This document shows, in pieces, positions 60,852 to 64,000 of a stretch of 64,000 bases of DNA (positions are counted from its first letter, which is position 1; every line of letters starts with the position of its first letter). The translations under genes were made by a program, and so were the position numbers. The stretch covers positions 38,023 through 102,022 of the forward strand of contig CAWHOC010000005.1 in assembly GCA_963830935.1 (NCBI GenBank), read 5' to 3'. The DNA comes from an uncultured bacterium (GTDB taxonomy: Bacteria > Patescibacteriota > Minisyncoccia > UBA6257 > 2-01-FULL-56-20). The notes beneath the pieces were generated by a model. The model searched no databases and was not told where the DNA came from. It saw only the letters and a program-made list of their open reading frames with translations.

Positions 60852-61404
60852 TTTGTGAATTCTTTATGTATCTTTTCCCGGAGACGTAGCGCCGCCACCC
60901 GCAGCGTTCCTTCCGGTTTCTCAAGGATGTGTGCGATGTCTTTATAGGACATCTCTGCGGCAAAGCGCAACTCGAACAATTCCTGTTCTTCGGGCGTGAA
61001 TGTGCCGACGACCAACCGTAAGCGGCGATAGGCCAGCACATTGTCCGTGTCGGGGATCTCCCCCACCGCCATTCCGGCGACCTCGTCATCTTCGAATTGT
61101 GAAAATGGCACGGCTTTCTTTTGGCGATAGTGATCGATGAGCGTGTTGCGCGCCATCCGCCAGAACCATACCGTGAATCTGCCTTTCTTGGGGTCGAAAC
61201 TGCCGACGCGCTCGATGAGCTTTATGAAAATTTCCTGCGAAAGATCTTCCGCGGCTTCCCGGGATCCGGTGCGCGAAAAGATGAACCCATAGAGCTTGGC
61301 GGCAAGCTCATCGTACAGCGCTGCCCGCGGCCGTCCGGTCGCCTTTCTGCATCTTGATCACAAGGCGGTCGAGGCGGTCTCGCTGTATGTCTTTGAGTTC
61401 CATA
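60848..61404 (-). CDS. ECF (sigma-70 family) RNA polymerase sigma factor, frameshifted near 61320
   Basis: Track ORF 60848..61156 is region 4 (...YKDIAHILEKPEGTLRVAALRLREKI). Upstream, in another frame, is region 2 (AALYDELAAKLYGFIFSRTGSREAAEDLSQEIFIKLIERVGSFDPKKGRFTVWFWRMARN), preceded by MELKDIQRDRLDRLVIKMQKGD. Confidence 0.7.
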
Positions 61405-61554
61405 AAGTGGTACGTAGTAGGCGCTTTTTTGTTACTCAAATCTTACCACGCTAATCGGCCAAGTGAAGCGTGATACTCTTTTTTAAATATACCATTTAGG
61501 GGATAAAAGGGTTCATTCCCCTACTAATAACGGCACAGCAAGAAAGGTGAAGTA

Positions 61555-62316
61555 CTAAGAATTTATAATTTTAAGCAATGTAGGATGCAAATAATTATTC
61601 GCGGCCAAAGCTTCTCTGTCTTTCAAGGACCATGGTTCGCCTTTAAAGTTCGTAACTTTGCATCCTGCCTCCGACAAGATTAGGGATGTGGGGGCATAAT
61701 CCCACAAACCGCCACCCCTTGAAACCCTCCAATCCCTCCTGCCGTCGGCTTGGTACATAGCGCTCACTCCACCAGATCCTAAAGCACTCACCCAAAAAAT
61801 TTCTTCCTTCGAATATTTCAAAAGTTTATCTATGACTACCGCATTCCTTTCCGACAGATTTGAGCTGATAAGACCCCAGCTATCTTTCCATGTTTTTTGT
61901 TTAGAACAGTGCACTTTTTTGTTGTTTAAAAAGGTACCCTTACCCTTTTGGGCAAAAAATAATTCATTTGTACATGGGTTGTAGACGGTTGCCATTTTCA
62001 TTTTATCGTTCCGAGCCAATCCGATCATCACGGCGAACATCGGCGTATGCGTAGAAAAATTTCTCGTCCCGTCCAAAGGATCAATAATCCAGCAATATTC
62101 TGCACCAACTTGATATTCGCCTGTCTCTTCGGAAATTATCGCATGATCTGGATACTTCTCCTTTATTGCATTTATTATTATTTTATTCGCGGTCAAATCA
62201 GCCTCGGTAACAACGTCAGTAGCATCTTTTTTTGTATATTTAACCCCAATCTTCCCAAATTTTTTTAGTATTGCGCCACCCGCCTTTTTAGTTATCTCTT
62301 TTATAAATTTTTCCAT
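61555..62316 (-). CDS. suhB: inositol monophosphatase family protein
   Basis: EETGE...WIIDPLDGTRNF is an IMPase motif, with a C-terminal WDYAP. The gene is AT-rich. Confidence 0.8.
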   Translation of the reverse strand: MEKFIKEITKKAGGAILKKFGKIGVKYTKKDATDVVTEADLTANKIIINAIKEKYPDHAIISEETGEYQVGAEYCWIIDPLDGTRNFSTHTPMFAVMIGLARNDKMKMATVYNPCTNELFFAQKGKGTFLNNKKVHCSKQKTWKDSWGLISSNLSERNAVVIDKLLKYSKEEIFWVSALGSGGVSAMYQADGRRDWRVSRGGGLWDYAPTSLILSEAGCKVTNFKGEPWSLKDREALAANNYLHPTLLKIINS

Positions 62317-62450
62317 ATAAAATCATTATAACCGAATAATATGATTATTCCCTTCTGTCGGCTCACTCCTGCGATTGTGTACGAACAGGGTCGTCCCGTC
62401 CGATCTTAAGAAAGATAGCCTTTAAGCACCCTGGTCGGCCTCACTGCGTG

Positions 62451-62522
62451 TGCTCTCGACAGGAATCGAACCTGTACCACCTCCTTCGGAGGGAGATATT
62501 CTATCCATTAAACTACGAGAGC
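62451..62522 (-). tRNA. tRNA-Arg (anticodon CCG)
   Basis: Reverse complement reads GCTCTCG-TA-GTTTAATGGATAGAAT-A-TCTCC-CTCCGAA-GGAGG-TGGT-ACAGG-TTCGATT-CCTGT-CGAGAGC-A. The acceptor and T-arm are perfect. CCA is not encoded. Confidence 0.75.
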
Positions 62523-62575
62523 AATACTGCGCTAGGGCGCGACGCGGCGCATAAGGCGCACCTGCCGCGTCCTCT

Positions 62576-63712
62576 TTATACTACGAAATGCCAGATTTCG
62601 TAAACCGCGGCGAGGATGAACGCGATCGCGACAACGTCGAGCAGTACCTTCTCGCGCCGCGCGAGTGCGAGCGTCCGGCGTCCGACGGAGAGGATCAAAA
62701 GATATTGCGTGCTGATGAACACGCCTCCGGCGAGGCCGACGATCGCGAGGAAATTATTGAATCCCAACAACACGGCGCCGAGCGGGAGCAGGATGATGAT
62801 CGCGCGGGAGAGATAGCTGTTCCACCCGAGATCTTTTTCCATCGCGCCGCGGATCTCCCGCGCGATCGGCACCGACACGACCGCCACCGAAAAGAGCCCG
62901 ACCGCGGCGAGAATATCTTTCCTCCATACGGGCCAGCTCGCGATGCCGGAGATCGTATCGGACGTCACGTGCGACACCGTTCCGATCACGCCGGCGGCAA
63001 AGAGCCAGTAGAGCAGCCCCGCGAAAGCGGTGCCAAGAGCAAAGAGCCAGAAGGCCCCGGGGATAGCCGGTTGCTTTTCGCCATCGTGGACGATCTCTTT
63101 TTTATACGCAAGTTCGTACACCGGCTCGACGGCCGTCCATCCGGCGAGCGCGAATATGGCAACGCCGAACGGGAGAAAAAAATTGACGACTCCGGGAACC
63201 GCGAGGGGCACGCTCGCGAACACCGCGCCGGGATGGCCGGAGAAGAAGATAAAAAGAATGGCGAATGAGACAAGCGCGATGCCCACGCCCTCGAACCACG
63301 CGATCCGCCCCTCGCTTCCCCACACGAGGACCGCGAGCAGGAACCAGAATATGCCGAGTGCGGCGCCATGCGAGATCCCCGGGAAGAGTATCTGCAGGAA
63401 CTGCGTTCCGAGCACGAGATAGGCGACGAAGCTGAGCAACAGGCCGATCACGATCGCGACGAAGCCGATCCAAAATCCCGTCATGCCGAAATAGTTCCGG
63501 GCGAGGCCGAGCAATCGCTCTTTTTCATCCACCGCGGCGAGCGTCCGCAGATAAAGAATATGGGCAACGGAGATGATCGCGATGATCGCGATGAAGTAGC
63601 CGAGCGCGATCAGCCATCCCGACGACTGAATGACGTACGGCACCGCAAAGACGCCTTCTCCGATCGTCGCCGCAGCGACGATCGCCGCGATGGTCACATA
63701 CTTCATAGACAT
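62576..63712 (-). CDS. amino-acid permease-like polytopic membrane transporter
   Basis: 378 aa with about 11 TM helices, Gly-rich helix 1 and an APC-like fold. No definitive signature. Confidence 0.5.
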   Translation of the reverse strand: MSMKYVTIAAIVAAATIGEGVFAVPYVIQSSGWLIALGYFIAIIAIISVAHILYLRTLAAVDEKERLLGLARNYFGMTGFWIGFVAIVIGLLLSFVAYLVLGTQFLQILFPGISHGAALGIFWFLLAVLVWGSEGRIAWFEGVGIALVSFAILFIFFSGHPGAVFASVPLAVPGVVNFFLPFGVAIFALAGWTAVEPVYELAYKKEIVHDGEKQPAIPGAFWLFALGTAFAGLLYWLFAAGVIGTVSHVTSDTISGIASWPVWRKDILAAVGLFSVAVVSVPIAREIRGAMEKDLGWNSYLSRAIIILLPLGAVLLGFNNFLAIVGLAGGVFISTQYLLILSVGRRTLALARREKVLLDVVAIAFILAAVYEIWHFVV

Positions 63713-63728
63713 GCCGCAGTAGAGGCCA

Positions 63729-64000
63729 TTACGCTTTATAGACCATATCCCCTTCCCGCACGCGCTTTTTGAGCTTGATGCCGATCTGTTTCTTCGGCAT
63801 CGCCGCGGCCACGGGCTGGTGGTCGAACTGCATGGACTTGGACGCTTCCTTAAAATCGGTGGTCGCGCCTTTGAAATATAATTCCGTGCCGGTCTTCACT
63901 TTGGTATTGAACTTTACGATCGCCACTTTGATGTGGGCGTAATAATGCGTCACCTTGCCGATGGGCTTTACCTTCTTCGCCGCCGGCTTCTTATTCGATT
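63729..64000 (-). CDS. hypothetical protein, C-terminal part (gene continues beyond window end)
   Basis: ...KKPAAKKVKPIGKVTHYYAHIKVAIVKFNTKVKTGTELYFKGATTDFKEASKSMQFDHQPV...GDMVYKA is a beta-barrel-like C-terminal domain. The N-terminus lies outside the window. Confidence 0.3.
   Translation of the reverse strand, partial: SNKKPAAKKVKPIGKVTHYYAHIKVAIVKFNTKVKTGTELYFKGATTDFKEASKSMQFDHQPVAAAMPKKQIGIKLKKRVREGDMVYKA

Noticed and set aside
1-64000. Alternative genetic code (UGA recoding) as an explanation for broken genes
   Set aside because: Long intact genes (clpB, gyrA, recA, the NRAMP gene) terminate at ordinary stops and contain no internal TGA that would need recoding. The breaks are frameshifts between frames, not in-frame TGA codons; the single in-frame stop seen is a TAA in the ORF6N gene.

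Overview
This window is a roughly 60% GC bacterial chromosomal segment using the standard genetic code; long genes such as clpB, gyrA and recA read through cleanly with TGA/TAA/TAG stops. Most genes lie on the minus strand and are densely packed.

Recognisable housekeeping genes are hup, clpB, an IscS/NifS-type cysteine desulfurase, ftsK, recA, pnp, rpsO, a xerC/D-type recombinase, gyrA, an NRAMP (mntH-like) transporter, tdk, infC-rpmI-rplT, a PolX polymerase, a family-4 UDG, an ECF sigma/anti-sigma pair and an inositol monophosphatase. RNA genes are tRNA-Leu(TAG), tRNA-Arg(CCG) and a tmRNA (ssrA) on the minus strand. There are many small secreted or membrane proteins of unknown function. The gene repertoire (many small membrane proteins, pilin-like array, few biosynthetic genes) suggests an uncultivated small-genome lineage, but I cannot assign taxonomy from sequence alone.

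At least 20 otherwise well-conserved genes, among them pnp, ftsK, infC, polX, the cysteine desulfurase and the ABC solute-binding protein, are broken into adjacent ORFs in different frames. At least one break sits in a homopolymer, so the consensus sequence is probably indel-rich. Gene boundaries and any pseudogene calls should therefore be treated cautiously.

The items most worth a second look are:
- A family of long-stem hairpins that share a conserved 21-nt loop but have unrelated, covarying stems, each abutting the 3' end of a gene.
- A tandem array of five VirB2/TrbC-like pilin paralogs, one of them fused to a lytic-transglycosylase domain.
- An octanucleotide repeat tract inside and around a two-domain gene, which looks like a phase-variation locus.
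- ssrA followed by an 18-bp direct repeat of its own 3' end (att-like), next to an AT-rich block encoding a wHTH-GHKL-STAS-like protein and a SAM methyltransferase.
- A membrane-anchored Clp/Hsp100 ATPase whose first ATPase domain is degenerate.

Coordinates that I derived by eye rather than taking from the ORF track are approximate to about 3 nt.
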